Below, piece after piece: positions 1-14,932 of a stretch of DNA of 64,000 nt (positions are counted from its first letter, which is position 1; each line of letters starts with the position of its first letter). The notes beneath the pieces are model-generated. The model did not search any database. It was not told where the DNA came from and worked only from the letters and a program-made list of their open reading frames with translations. The position numbers and the translations under genes were made by a program. This DNA is from Cenococcum geophilum (Eukaryota), in NCBI GenBank assembly GCA_050273025.1, contig CP158635.1:2790001-2854000 (forward strand), read 5' to 3'.

Positions 1-604
1 ATAGCAACACTCTTAAGAACAGGAATAATAGGACTAAAAGATTGGCTTTACTGGGTGGGTATCCTAGTAAGTAGCCTAAGATGCGAATATAGCTGGCCAA
101 GACAGACACCAAAACACGTAATACTGCTATGCCCCCTACGCACCAATTAAGAAATAATACTCTTAGTAGCTGGCACAGAGAACTATAATACACTACTCTT
201 AACACAAAAAGGCCTTAAGGCGGTTACCTAGTGGCTTATTAGTTAAAATGTGCTAAATCAGTTCCGGGTTACAAGGGAAATGGTAATAAAAGGCAAGGGG
301 GCGAGCAGCAGGTGCCCCCTAGTAACTCTACAGTAGTAGAGTAATAGTTTATAATACTAGCGCGTCCGTAGGCTTGTTACAGCAGCAGTGGTTCCTAAAG
401 AGGTCAAACAGTAAGGTAGTAGAGCACCATAGGCGACTTACAGGCGCTAAGTAGGCGAGTCCTAAAAGGCGGGGAGATGGATTATGGGGTTTTCTTATTT
501 TTCTTAAATAGAGTTTTCTCCCTATATATAAATAAGGAGTAGTCTACATAGGCCCAATAGGGATCCGAATCGGACGTTAAGCAATAAATTATTATTATTA
601 TTAT
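1..604 (+). mobile_element. 3' end of Tad1-like LINE (ORF2 C-terminal Cys/His region, 3' UTR, (ATT)n tail)
   Basis: Frame 1 reads IATLLRTGIIGLKDWLY...RCEYSWPRQTPKHVILLCP, matching the 'LRTGHIGL...C.CG...QT..H.L..CP' motif of fungal LINE pol. Ends in an attattatt microsatellite tail at ~588-604. Confidence 0.8.
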
Positions 605-1724
605 ATAAAATAGTCCTAATAGGCTCCCCTATTTATCCATTATACCTATAAATTAAAATTAGTTTATATAGTTCTTCTAGAGGCGTATTAAAAAAAGGTA
701 GTAAGTTTTATAACGTACTTAGTATTAATTAAGGTAAAGGTATTTACCCCTAAGTTAGCTAAAGTAATAGTTAAAACTTAATATCTATTACGGAATAAAG
801 TATAAGGGATAATATAGCTCTTACTACTAATTAGCCGGCCTAGATTAATATACAATATATTAATCCCTTTTAACCCTAAAGAGGAGTCTTCCCCTAGGGT
901 TTATCTTTTTCTATATAGCCCTATTTAGCGGCATTCTGGCACTAGTACTTTACACCTTATTTACTATATCTTACTATTATAGTATATATAACTTAAAGGG
1001 GCTATATACATCCTTACTTTCGCACTCCTACTCCTTTAGCGCACCCCTAGCCTACGCCTATCCCTTTTAATAAGCCCTACTATTTTACTAAGCTTTATAC
1101 TAGACTAACTATATAAGCTCTTAATTTAAAATCTACTGTCGGGAATAAGGCAATCGGTCGTCACGTGTCGCCGCGGCACTAGCGTAGCAAGAAGTCTTAA
1201 GCTCCTCGCCTTTCCTTATTCCAAAAACAAGCTTTATTAACTAATATCACTATAACCTACTTAAGTAGTCGTTATTGGTAAGTTACCCTATATGACTAAC
1301 ACTAATTAGTAGTTAAATACATAGTCAATTATAGAGCAGCTAGGTTTTTAAATAGAAGAGACAGTCTTATATAGGGGTGCTATATGCGCTTATATAGAAT
1401 AGATCCCGGCAATACTGTATTACCTTAAACTTGCGGAAAACTAGTAACAAAAGTGTTACTAAGTACTAGGAGATACTAAGTTGCGTCTATTATATAGAAC
1501 AACCGCGTTTACAAAGATTTGGTTAAGTACTTTAGGTCAGAAGTGTTACTAAACCTAGGGTCCTAAGTTAATGTCTAAAACGCGTTAAAACAACTATCTA
1601 AATACCTTTAGTGTACCTTCGCAGACTATAGGATTACGATTACTGCCTAACTACATATTAAACAACCTTTATTTTCCTTAATTTTTTATTAAAACGCATT
1701 AAATAATCTTTAATAATAGCTATT

Positions 1725-4700
1725 ATGGCGTTAACCTACCTGAAGAAGTACGAGGACAATATTAACCTAGAGATATAGAACACTAATATAACTAACCTTA
1801 AAGATGTTAATTAGTAAGACTTAAACGGATTCTTATTATACCGTATAGCATACTATAAAGATAGCGAATATAATAATACTATGCTATAGTACTATATAAA
1901 GGAGGACTTTATTAGATGGATAAAGGAAATATAGGCTCTCGCGAATAAGGATATCATACGGGACTTCCGTAACTTCCTTTGGGAGAATAGAGTATTTATC
2001 CCTATAAATAGGGGTATTATTAGAGACAATATTTAGGAGTAGGTTATTAATATAAAAGAAGAGCACGAATAAACTCTATAAGAGATTAAGTACCAACTAC
2101 GCACTATAAGGAAGCTTAATTTATAATGGAATCTAAGTAATATACCTCTAGAGACGAATCTACCTTTGCCTTTAACTCCTCTGTATCTAATTTAACCCAT
2201 AACTTTAACGTTAGATACTATACCCTAATAAGAGCAAGTATAGGATCCTATTGCTTTATAATTTACTAACCTTTAGACTCCACCGGTTAGACCTATATCC
2301 CTACTATAGCTTATAATATAACTCCTACCTTCTCTATCTTAATCTTAAATTAAAAGTAGTTTAAAATTGCTTATAGAGCTTATAAAGCTCTATTTGGATT
2401 AGGAGAAGAAGTTTAGTAGGGAATTATATAATATTCTTAATTCGAAACTATGTATCTTCTATAACTGTTGCTAGAAAGTAGGAATAGAGTTTAATTAATA
2501 CCACAACGTCTATTTTGTTATGCTTAAGGGCCGAGCTAGTATATTTTATTATAATCGTTTAGTAGAAAAAGGATATAATTTTAACCGCATAATATATAAG
2601 TTAAAATGCTACTTTAAAACAGAAGAGAATAAATAGCAGTATATATTAGAATGGAGAGAGACTACCTTCTTAAGGATTATTACTACAAACCTAGGTATCC
2701 CTTTGCTTAATTATCTTTAAAAGCTCTTTAATTAACTTTAGATAATTTAGCGTAGTTTATCCAAATTATATTAAGAGGATTTTAGCCTATATAATTAAGT
2801 TATTAGCGTATATTAAGGCGTTAAAGAATATAACCTTGCTCTCTTTAATCCTGTAAATACTTATAAAGGAGTATATACTTAATTAAGATCTTTTATTAGC
2901 ACCGCTTTACGCTCTTAAGAAGTATAGCAATTTAATACCTAACTCTAGCCTGCTTTAATTAACCTGGCTAACCTAGCTAACTAATATAACTATAACTGGA
3001 CTAATTAAATATATAGTGGCCATAATAGGTAATATGGTAGAGGGTATAATTAATGACTATAAGATAAAGGTAAAGGTCCTTATAGAGGTTTATTTCGAAG
3101 TAATCGCCAGAAGAAGTACTACGTTTATAAGAAACCAAATTACTAGTTAACTAGGCATTCTTTTAATAAACAAAAGGAGGTATATAATAAGTTTCGCTAG
3201 AGTATAAGAAATATTAGAAATTATAAGGTTACTACGGCCTACTTCTAAAGCTTCTTAGTTTAATATAAAGGCGTAGAAGATCTTAAGGGTAAGGTTAATA
3301 AGGCCAAACAGCTCCTTATAGATATGGAAATTAAGGACTACTTACCTAACTAATACTTTACTAAGTATAGTAAGGTAGATGGTATATAAACTGTTACTAT
3401 TCTTAATAACCAATCTACGCTCTATTCTATTATAAAGTCAGATATCTTTAATAAGCTAAAGGAGAGCTCTGTGTTCTCCTTTAACGACAGATACTTAGCG
3501 AATGTCTTTTATAGTATTATACTAGATACTAGAGCCGTAGGAGTATCTACAGTAGGAGAACCTTAAGTTTAAGCCCTTTAGTAGCTTAGTACTTCTATCT
3601 AGATTAACTAATTAACTGCAGGCCAATATATAATACGTTTTAGTAAGGGTACCACAATCTTTCTCGGCATAATTAGGGTCCAAACCCCCTTAGGATACAT
3701 CACTTTTTATATTATTCCCGCAAACACTCCATTTTTATTCTACATTAGGGATATAGATAAATTAGGCGTTAAGCTTAATAACCTTAAGAATATACTCGTG
3801 TAGGGAGATAATTAGGTACCTATTATATGTAAGTAGGGTTACCCTTAGCTGCTCCTTTAATAACTAGAAGAGAGTATTGCTTAGAGCTATTTAACTAAGT
3901 TAGAGTTACGCCAACTACACCGTTGTTTTAGCCACCTATCCGTTTATTAATTACTTAGGGTTCTTTAGTAAGCAGGCTATAAAGTTAAAGTTAAGGCAAT
4001 TAAGCATCTTATAAAGTACTACTACCACTACTAAATAAACTAGAAGTCCCCTAGCCGATTTAAGTTTACCCTTAAAGATAACTATAACTTTAACTTCTAT
4101 ATTATTGTTAACGTTATATATCTTAGCGGTAAGCTAGTACTCCAAGTTATTAACTTCTTAACCTCCTTTTAAGCTGCATAATTCTTAAAGGATATGTCAG
4201 CTAGGAACGTATAGGATACCCTTTAATTATACTAGATTAATATCTACCTAAGACCCCCTAATTAAATCGTCTATAATATAGGAAAGAACTTCTTATCTAT
4301 AGAGTTTTAATAATAGATAAAGGCAATAGTAATTAAGGTTAAGGAAGTTTCTATTAAAGTATATAATAGCGTTAAAAAAGTAAAGCGATATTACGCGTCA
4401 TTACGCCGCGTATATAAGATTATCTCTTTAAAACTAGAGAACGCTAGCAAAGAACTTACCTTATAAATGGCTATTAAAGCTGTTAATAATTCCGCTGGCC
4501 CAGATGGACTTATACCCACGTTGCTAGTCTTTAGAGCCTACCCTTAAATAACTAATAATTCTCTACTATTTCCTTTTGTTGTGTAATAAGTTAAGGCTAT
4601 TTATAAGGCAACAAAGGAGGTGTAATATCTCTATACTATACGCCAGGTTAACAACGTACTAGGAATAAGAAATAGCCTAAATACCTTAACTATGCTTAAT

Positions 4701-6692
4701 CTACTACTCTAGTCTAAGGTACGTGTATAGCGTAAAAAGGGAGGATAATTAGGCCCACATTAACTTATTATAATTAATAGTTAAACTTATACTATTTAGA
4801 TGCCTTACAGACCTACTTAATTCCGTTTAACTGTTATTAAGTCTTATTATAAAGATAATAGTTTTAAGCCTTTGCAGGATACTATAAAAGATGCCCTAAA
4901 GGAGAGCTATAATTAATATACTCTAGAAGGCAACCACAATTCTAATACAATTATAGTAGATACGCCGCAACTATAACGCGGTAGAGGTCGCCCAAAGGAA
5001 TTACAAAATCGCTAATATCTTATTAATTTTAAAGAGTAATTCGTTACTGCCATTAAGAATAGAGTTAAGCTATTAATGGCCTTTATAATAGCTAAGGAGA
5101 AGGCTAACTTTAAACTCGTAAAATAGCTCTAAAAGGAAGGTTGTATTATAACTTTAGGAGCTCCTTTTTAAGCATCTAATAAGCAGGAGATTGATAGTCT
5201 TATTGTAAGAGGAGTCTTTAAATTCGAGAAGTATAACCCTACTAAGTTTAATAAAGTCCGCATCTTTAAGTTAAAAATGGTTAACGAGATTAAGGGCAAA
5301 GCTACTAACGCCCTATTTAAGAATTTAAGGCTTATTATTTAAGGCTATAATAATAATAGTAAGGAGGTAATTTTTATATAATCTCCTATAATTCAACGAG
5401 CTAGTTAGCGAGTTATTATTATATTAGCTCCCTCCCTAATAAAGAATAGAATAGCGGTCTATCTATAAGATATTACTTAGGCCTATACCTAATTAGAGAC
5501 GCACCTTTAGCGCTTAATATTAGCATACCTTCCAGAGTAAATTTGCTACTAGTATCCTAAGGATATAATTATGGTTATGCTTAAGCCATTATATAGAATT
5601 GCAGAGGTAGGAACTTATTAGTAGGCTACCTACAGCAAGCACTATAAAGAGAAGCTTTTAATAACTATTTTTATATTCGATCCTTACTTCCTTATTATAA
5701 CTATAGGAACTCTATTTAGAATTGTTGGTATATAAACTAATAATATAATTATCTTAGGAGACAACTAATTCTTAGCTCTTAAAGAAGATAAGCTAGTAAA
5801 GGCAAATCTTATAATAAAGCCAAAGGAAAAGCTTAATTTAATAACACTATTACTCTTTAATAGATACATCCTCTCCCTAAATAAGGATTTTATTACTTTA
5901 CGCTAGAAGGGTTAAGGTAAGAAGATCGATGATATTAACGTTAATTCTCTAAAGTAAGGATATATAGAGTAACGCGCTTACGGAGCTTATATTACTTCTA
6001 TCTATTAACCTAAGGCTTTATTTAATCTCTCTATTGCCGCCTAATACTAAAAACTAACTAAGGATAACATTCTTGCCTTAAATAAACGTCTTTCCTAGCA
6101 AATAAACTATTTTAATTAGGGACTACTCTACGTGCCTATTAATCTTCCCACCGCTAAGCTCTTTGTATTTATTAATAAATCGTTTATAAATAATAAAGAT
6201 TTTAGCTCCTAGTTAGGATATAAGATTATTATTATAAACGAATTTACTAGAGAAAATGACTTTACGATTTACGGTAATCTTATCTATTAGAGCTTAACTA
6301 AGAGTAAGCGCGTTACTTAAAGCGTTCTAGCGTTATAGATATATAGAATAGTTAGCGGAGTTAATATAGTAATTGCAATTGGAACTACCCTAAAGATAAT
6401 TATAGATTAACTCGAAATTCCCGTTATCCCTATAATTATATACACCAACTTATACTCCCTCTATAAGTGTTTAGTTAAGCTTAGTACCACAAAGGAGAAG
6501 CGCCTTATAATTAATATTATAGCACTTTAGTAATCCTATAAACGGCGAAAACTCTTTAAAATTTAATAGATTAACGGCTAAAACAATCTAGTAGATATAA
6601 TAACGAAGGTAAACCCAAACAAGGCTCTAGAGACATTTATTAATACGAATACTCTACGTATATAAGTTAAAGGTTAGGTTAAAAGGGAGTAG
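1725..6692 (+). pseudogene. copia gag-pol remnant
   Basis: Protease LDT(G>R)A at ~3525, RT 'LKPLY(G>R)IAEVG' at ~5580, RNase H 'YTNLYSLYKCLVKLSTTKEKRL' at ~6440. Many RIP stops. Confidence 0.85.
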
Positions 6693-6794
6693 GAGCAAGA
6701 CTTATATTATAATAGTAATAGTTAATAGGCACGTACTATACGCTATTACAGTTCTGGTAGAATTTAGTAGAATTTTATAGAATTTTATAGAATC

Positions 6795-6978
6795 CTATAG
6801 CTTAGTAGAATTTGGCAGAAGTCTATAGCTTAGCAGAATTTGGCAGAAGTCTATAGCTAAGCAGAATTTAACAGAAGTCTATGGCTTAGTAGAATTTGGC
6901 AGAAGTCTATAGCTAAGCAGAATTTGGCAGAAGTCTATAGCTTAGCAAAATTCGGCAGAATTCCATAGCCTGGCAGAA
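6795..6978 (+). repeat. 28-bp tandem repeat (TAGCTTAGCAGAATTTGGCAGAAGTCTA, ~6 units) in the 3' UTR of copia A1
   Basis: Directly visible contiguous units. Absent from copies A2 and A3. Confidence 0.9.
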
Positions 6979-8967
6979 TATAGCAGATTACGGTAAATTG
7001 CGGTCTTATGACTGGGCTTAATCGGTGGGCATATACAAGGTATTACAAAGTGGTCCTATAAAACTACGCTAGTCAAGCAGTATTTATATATAGATGGTAA
7101 CCGCAAAAGAAGAGTTGCTAGTGTCGGGAATGAGGCAATCGGTCGTCACGTGTCGCCGCGGCACTAGCGTAGCGAGGAGTCTTAAGCTCCTTGTCCTTCC
7201 TTATTCTAAAAACAAGCTTTATTAACTAACATCACTGTAACCTACTCAAGTAGTCGTTATTAGTGAGTTATCCTATGTGACCAATATCTACTATTATTCT
7301 TATCCTAAAAAATTATAATAGTAATAACTCCTTAGATAAATACTAGCGCTAATAAGCTAAGTTCTTAGAGTACTTTAAGATATATATCGCTTATAAGCAG
7401 ATTAGTAAATCGCACCCATATCTTATCCTATTTATTATCCCTTTATACTTTAATTATTCTATATACGTTGCTAAAAGCTATATACTAGATACCTTTAATA
7501 AGATATATAAATAGGCCTACTAGTCCTTATATATCCGTTAGGACCGCCACTAACTAATTTTCTCCTTTAATACTAGAAGGAAATATATCTAAGTAATTCT
7601 AAATTAGCACCCGCTACTATTTTAGGCCTATATTATCCGCTAGTACTTTAATAAGCGCTCTAGCTTCTTTCTAGGCTAAGATTTATCTATTCTTACGGTA
7701 TTATCTTTAGCAACTTAAACCTCTTAGTTTACTAGCTAAATTTTAACCTATCTATTACGCTTATAGGCTTTGTCTCTGTATAGTTCCGCAATAGCTATAA
7801 TATACTATATCTTAGATCTATATATTTAGGGGACTTATTTTGGCTTAGTAAGATATAGCGCTAGGTAAGTATTAAAAGCGACTTATTTAACTAGGCGAAC
7901 TTAGTATTTTAGCTTATAATAAATTAAACGCCGGTAGAACCGAAGCAGCTATTTAATATAGTTATAGCACGGATAGTATAGTGGGAGTTTCTAGCTCTAT
8001 TATACGAGTTAATAAGAAATATTATAGAAAAGTACTAAATATAGGAGTATAAGAGTATAGATAATATAAACCGTAATATAGAAGTTTATTTATAAAAGCA
8101 CAAGTATAAAATTAAGAAGAATTATTTAAAGGAATTTAACCCGTCTTTAATTACTAGCATATAAACTAGAGAGTAGGGTATTTAGAAATATAAACATAAA
8201 AGCGGGTATTTATACTATCTTTAAATTAAGCTTAGTAAAAGTATATCATCTTATACCTATATAAGTTAAGTGCGTTAAAGTCCGTTAGTAATATAGAATA
8301 TATACTCCGTGAGGCTAAGATATCTACTAAGTATATTATACTTAGCTCTAGTCTTTTTAGGATACTAAAAAGACTCTAAAACAATATCTTAATATATAGA
8401 ATAATAAAAACCAAGTTAACTTGGCTTATATAATGCAAGGTAGGGGGGTTTAAATTTTATATAGCATATACTATAACTTTAGAGAGTCTAAAGTAACTAT
8501 TTCTAGACTATTACGCCTTTAGCCCCACTTAATAGTTAGCAAGTTCTTAATAGTATATAATTTTGGATTTATAACTATTCTTAAATATCTATTTTTACTA
8601 AGTACCTAAATAGGACCCTATTTATATATAGAGTAACTATAATATATCCCGCCCTACGTCGCTAAATAGCTAAAAAAAAACAGACTGTACTCGCGAATAT
8701 ATTGCGACTGTAACGGGATCTAATATATATACTCTTACAATTGCCCTCCCTTCTGCGCGCTTGTCCTTGAGTGCCCTGCCATAAGGGGGTCCGCCTACCA
8801 AGAAGAAGCCCACATATATTAGCGTCTCCTAGTAACGTAGGCCTTGCCGGGTCGCAACCGCGCCAGACTCATCTAACGCCCCCTCGCATCTAACCCCTGT
8901 AGATGCGCGTTAACTGCAACTACCAGAGCAAAGTGCGACCGTCGGGAATCGCACCCTCGGTCTCCCG

Positions 8968-11900
8968 TGTTGGAATTACAAGGTCATGGGGTTACAGCGG
9001 AGCTATCTTGAGGGTCTAATTGATAATAGAGATGACGCAGACGATGAATATTGATTGATTCGTGATGCAGTAGATACGGTTGATGTCTATATAGATTGCA
9101 TGCGGACTTCGGCCTCGCAATGTGTCCAGAGCTTAGTCAGCACCTCTCGCTTAATTCTGACACTCCCCCATGCTGACGACGCTCTCCTCGTCTGTCCTAA
9201 ATAGGCAATTATGAGGCTATTCCCAAATACCTTGCAAGTGCCATTTGGCCTACGTACGGAGGGAAAACCTATAGTAGGCGAAAAACCTCTGTCACTTGCT
9301 CCGTTGCTTACTCCGTCAGTTACTAATTCCTAGCGTTATACAGTGCTTCGTAAATTGGTTAATTGGTAGCTGCTTTATGAGCATATCTTTAGGTTAATCT
9401 TTACCTGGTATATGTACCACTTTAAAGTAATCTTGCTAAACTATGTCGTTTTGTACAAAGAGGTATTAAGTCTTAATATGCTTGGCTTTCTAGTGGTGTT
9501 TCGTGTTGTATAAAAGGTTAACTATACCCTTATTGTCACAGTAGAGCGTAGGGATAAAAGGGTTGTTGTTGTCGTCTCTCTCCCCTAGATCTCTTATTAG
9601 CTTCTTAAGCTATACTACTAACCTTACTCCTTCTAACGCTGCTATAATCTCTACTTTTATCAAACTTAGTGCTATTAACTTCTGCCTTTAAGCTATCTAG
9701 ATTACGGCTCCTCTATAGCGTATAACTGCTATACCTTAAAATAATATCCGATCGTGTTCTGTTCCCTATATAGCGTTAGTAAAGATACTATAGCTAGTAG
9801 GTAAGTTAGTTAACGTAAGCTTATATAAGGGGAGGTAGATCTTTTAATTTAAGTAATTCCAATTTTAAGAGTGCCGTTTAGATACTATAGCAGCTGCTTA
9901 CTTAAACGGTAATATAATTCTCCTAGTGCTGCTATAAATCTAGCTAACTAACTAACAGCATAGCTAATATTAAGACGTGTATAGTTTAATAGGTAGATTA
10001 TAGAGTTAATAATCTATCGGTATACTGTCGTATTATCGTACTTAAGGGGACTTTTAATATTAGGTTTTAGAACAGTGCTAGCTGGTATTAGTAGCTTAGA
10101 CGGGTTATAGTTGTCTATTTTTAGCTATTTAAGTAGCTTCTTGGTATACATCGTTTAATATAGCTTAAGGGTTTAATTTAGAAGCCTATAAATACCTCTA
10201 TAGGACCTAGGTCTTTATATCTCCATTCTCTTAAAATTCTTATCTTTATAATATTAAGGTATTGGTACTTTCCTACGATTAGTATATTATTAATAAATAA
10301 TAAGATATATACTCCATTTCCTATAAAGAGATTAGGGTCAGCCTTAGCTAATTTTAAACCTATATTCTTAAAGAACTTCTTAACTATTTAAAACCATTCT
10401 CTTAGTGCCTGATTTAGGCCATAGAGTAACTTATTTAGCTTTAAGTAGACGTCTTTTACCCCCTTAAGGTTAGGTTTAAAGTCTCTTAAAAGGTTAGAAA
10501 TCTATATATAAATCTATTCTTATAACGGCAGGTTTAAGAATATAATTTTGACGTTAATATAGTCGAGCTTAAGGTCTTTAGCTGTTATCTTTACTATTAG
10601 AAACCTAAAGGTGTCGTATTATATAATAGACGTAAATATCTTAAAGTAGTCGATATTAGGGGTCTGCTTATCTCCCTAAATATATAGTCTTACCTTCTTA
10701 CAAATTACTTCTCCCTTAGTGTTATACTTGTGCTTTAGAACTAGCTTACTTAAGAGTAATAACCTTCCTTCTAGTACTCTCCCCTTTATAGTAATATAGG
10801 TGTATATTCTTTTAAGAGGGAGAAATTTGTTAAAGATAGCTTTTATTTAGCTAAGAGCGTCCTCCCTTAAGGCCTAATCTAGCTTAATGGCGTTAAATGG
10901 TGCTATAGGTGCTCCTAAGGAGGTAGTGTTTTTAGCTTTTAGGTGGATAGCTTTTATAGCTATTACTAACTAAACCACTATATCGTTAAAAACCTTTATA
11001 TTTAGTAACCTTTTAGACCTTATTCTCTGCGTATAAAGAATATGTATTAACGTACTTTATATAGGCGTTCTACCCTTAGCATTACCTTATAGATTTAAGT
11101 ATCCTACTTAATTTAAGCGGCCTACTCGGTCTTAACCTGGGCTTCCCACTTAGCTTAAGCGGCCTACTTAGTTACTATCTAGCCTACTCTTAGTTCTCGC
11201 AACTAGAGTCTCTGTCGGCCCGTTTAAGATAGTAAGGGAAGGTCTAAGTTAGTTCGCAGCTTGGCTCATAGCCTATACCTAACATACTCTATAAGGGAAC
11301 CTATATTTATTTACTTTAGCATCTCTAAAGAGCTTAATTTCTTAGGTATATAGGTTTATTATTTTAAATTAACTACTCCCTTTTAATCCCATAAAAACGT
11401 AGTTAGGCTTTATTCTTAAATTATACTTCCTAGGGTGTTTCTTAAGTATATTAATTGGGTTAGCGTAATACCTAAAGATAACTAGATTCTTTAAGTTAGG
11501 GACTCGTTAGGTATATGCCTCGTACGGTATAATAGCACCACTATACTTAAATTCGTTAAATGGAAGTGCTAAGGTCGGTACTTAATTCTTAATCTAGACA
11601 GCGTGTTCGACTGCATAGCACTAGAGTTTAACTAGTATATTTCCTTAAAATAGAAGTGACCTTGTCTTATAGTCGACTATATAGATTGCGCGCTTAATTA
11701 CGCTATTGTATAAGTGCTTATATAGCGGGCAAGGCTTAAAATTAATACCCTAGGGTATTAATTTGTCTTAGAATCTATGGCCGAACTCCCCCTTTCCATT
11801 ATCCGCTCAAATCTATGCAGCTTTAGTCCCTATAAACCTCTCTACCCTTATAATGATCTTTTTAATATACGGTAGTACCTCTTTGGTTTAGAGGGTCTTA

Positions 11901-13842
11901 AGAGGGATAACCTAAGTATAGCGTGTGGCGTTATTTAGGGCTAGTAGGTAGTAGTTATAGGCTCTAATTAATATACCGATTTGTCCTATAGTATTAAAAT
12001 ATAGCCCTTAACCAGGTATCTTCTCGCACTTAGTTATCTTCTTATTTAGTATTTCTCGCATCTTCCTAGCTAGATAAGCTTTGTATATACTTTTACTAAC
12101 TAGCACTACTTTCTTCCTAAACTATATACCTAGTAAGGAGTACTATAGCTTAAGCAGATTACTATAGTTTGTGTGTCTAGTTCGGCGATGCTATAGTTTA
12201 GTATCTATTTTATTGATGTTTAATTATAAATTATGTGCTTCCACTGTCGCATTAAATGCTCCCTAAGGCTTTTATAGTACGTAGAGGTTGTTCTTTATAG
12301 TGGCCTTAAATGTCGCCCCTAATTTATACTAACTAGTAGCTTAATTATCTATATTAAAGGTAATCGAGTAGCCTTCCTAAGTAAGAGTCCTTATTAAGAT
12401 TAGCTTGATTGTCTTAAATAAAGGTATAAGCTAGACGTCTTTTAGCCTTAGGCTGTCGATTTAAACTTAGCTATAGCCTATAGCAGGGATAATAATCTTA
12501 TTTGCAGTACGGACCTAATAAGGTGTATTCCACCTCTTTAAATATACTAGGTCTAATTAGTTACTAATAAAGTGCTTAGTTACTCCTAAGTTAAGAGCCT
12601 AAGCTAGTAATATTGTCGTAAGCATAGCACGTTTAGGGTTAGGGTTAAGGTTAAGGTAGATTAAATTACTATTAAATTCTTCCTTAGCTATAGCTATATT
12701 TCCTACTTCCTTTACCTTAGGAAAACCTTAATCTTTCTTCTTGGCGTTATTAAATCGGAATTGTCTAAGCAGGGGATAGTCTTTCTAGTAGTGACCTTTT
12801 TGATAATATACTTGACACTCGTCTCTTTCTGGTTATCTTAGCTCTTTGCTGACTTAAGACGACGAGCTGTAACGTGAGGAATGATCGAATCTACTAGCAC
12901 GACCTCTGCCTCTTATTCGACCTTGGTTTCCCCTTCTCCCCCTAGGTTTGTCTTTCCTTTCGTTGGCGAGTACTATAGTTTGTGCTTGTGTAGGGAGAGC
13001 AGTCTCTTGTTCCTAAAGAAGGGTAATGCAACTCTTAAGGTCTTGTTTATCTCGTAGATACTAGGTCTTCGCATTCTACTATATAACATCGCTTAGTAGG
13101 GCTAGGAGGAGTTGCTCTTTAATATCGTCGTTAGTAAGTGCTTGAGATATTAAGGCTAGATTAATCTTAAATTGATTTAGTATATAAAGGAACTCGACGA
13201 TTTGTATCTTTATAGGGTTAAATATAGTGCTGTAGAACTCCCTATAAAGTCTAGAGATATAGACCTCGTTATTGGCCTTATTAAACTTCTTTATTCCTTC
13301 CCACATTCCCTAAATATTATACTCCTTTATTATTGTATGTATCTCTTCCTAACGGTCGTCTCCTATAGAGTTAAAGATAATCTTGTTCGCTTCCCCCCTT
13401 TTTCTTCTCCTATTAGCTAAATTAACTTAAGCTAGGTCCTCTGTACTAGTGATAAAATCCTATTCTTTTGCTATAATTAGGGCTGCTTTGCAGGTGCGCT
13501 CCTAATCTGCGAAGTTGTCTCTATTAAAGGTGATGATTTTACCGGCCTTGTAATCGTATATAGGCGCCGTTGAGGTTAAGGTAGATGAGGTCATTTTAGG
13601 GGTTAATTTTCAAGTTAGGAGAGGTGTTGCTATCCGGGCTTATAACCTGTTAGAATTACAAGGTTATGGGGTTATAGCGGAGGTATTTTGAGGGTCTAAT
13701 TAATGATAGAGATGACGCAGACGATGAATATTGATTGATTCGTGATGTAGTAGATATGGTTAATGTCTATATAGATTACATGCGGACTTCGTCCTCGCAA
13801 TGTGTCCAGAGCTTAGTCAGCACCTCTCGCTTAATTCTGATA
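8968..13842 (-). mobile_element. Ty1/copia LTR retrotransposon family B (RIP-inactivated)
   Basis: 195-bp LTRs at 8968-9162 and 13648-13842. PBS GGTTATAAGCCC (RIP form of the copia-type GGTTATGAGCCC) and PPT TGGGGGAG on the minus strand. Flanks TCCCG/TCTTG fit a TSD with two C>T changes. Confidence 0.93.
9322..13594 (-). pseudogene. copia B gag-pol remnant
   Basis: Starts MTSSTLTST. RT 'LLFINNILI' (from FVDD) at ~10290. RNase H 'LYCDNKG...KAKHI...HIPGKD.PKDML.KQLP' at ~9370-9550. Confidence 0.85.
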
Positions 13843-14932
13843 TCTTGGCAGCCTCTGAACACCTAGCTCCAATATATTTGAGGCCTTACTTCTAAATAGC
13901 TTTCTTAAAATTATTATAATTTTCGGATTTTAGTATATACGAGCCGGCAGTGTGTACGAAGTGGCACGAGCTTCTAAGAGCTATAGTGTATATAATTAGT
14001 GGCGCCCTTAATTTATTATTTAAAGTTAATAAAGGGATACTATATAACATGCGGAACGTTAGTCCCCTAATGTAAATTTTAATCTAAGTTTATAAGTAAT
14101 AAGCTAATTAATTTTAGAGCTTTATTATATAGACTTTAATTAATATTTATAGAGATAAGGTTTTCTAGGGGGAGACCCCCTGGGACCCCCCTATATAGAG
14201 CTTTTGCTTAATTTAGAAGTAGTAGTAAGATTAAGGCGCCTTAGTTACTACTAGGTAAGAATCTACTACAGTAACTAAGGCGCCCTACTTAAGCTAGGCT
14301 TAAAGATTATATTGGTTACGAATCTAGTATTTATTTAGACTGCAGAGCTTTAATATGGAGCCCTCTACGTAGGATCTAATATAGTAGATTATAATTCTAA
14401 TTTAAAGCTTTATATACTAAATATTTTTAATGCTTAATAACTAAATCGCCGCATAGCTGGAATTAAAGTAAGTCTACTACCCTAACTTAATTAAATACGC
14501 GTATAAAAAGAGATATAACTATATATAGAGACGTCTAATATAATTAAGTAACCACGTTATTGCCTACCTAGTTTGGACGTATAATAACGCGATAGCTTAG
14601 CGATAATATAATAGCTTAGCGCCGAGTAATGGGAGGAGGGAAGAGGGGGAGGAGATTAGGGGTAGCTTGGCCACTGTAAGAAGGTTATAATATTAGTATA
14701 GTATTAAACTTTAAAAATTATATCCTAGGAGCTTAATTAATGACCCCTATATAAAACGTTAATAACGTTTAATTATAGAGCTTTAAACTAGTAGATCTTC
14801 TTGGAATATCTATTATAAGTAGCTCCGAGTATAAAATTTAAAATATTTAGTGGTGGTGTAAGTATGGGACGGGGGTATATATTTGCGTTCCTAAATATTA
14901 TTATATAACGCAATTTTTGGGTAATAAAAACC

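Larger units (their letters stand above)
1137..7286 (+). mobile_element. Ty1/copia LTR retrotransposon family A, copy 1 (RIP-inactivated)
   Basis: 165-bp LTRs at 1137-1301 and 7122-7286 (TGTCGGGAA...AACA/AATA). 5-bp TSD TCTAC at 1132-1136 and 7287-7291. Domain order gag-PR-IN-RT-RH. Confidence 0.95.
607..8685. other. Unclassified, heavily RIP-degraded sequence (607-1136 and 7292-8685) split by copia A1
   Basis: TpA-rich. The two pieces rejoin through the TCTAC TSD. No recognisable protein motif found by eye. Confidence 0.35.
8686..14043. repeat. GC-rich, possibly LTR-like segment (8686-8967 and 13843-14043) split by copia B
   Basis: Starts TGTAC at 8686, with a possible end GTGTATA at 13992 followed by agtggcgccc (PBS-like). 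No partner LTR in the window. Confidence 0.3.

Noticed and set aside
6795..6978. 28-bp repeats as a CRISPR array
   Set aside because: Contiguous units without unique spacers, inside a eukaryotic retrotransposon.
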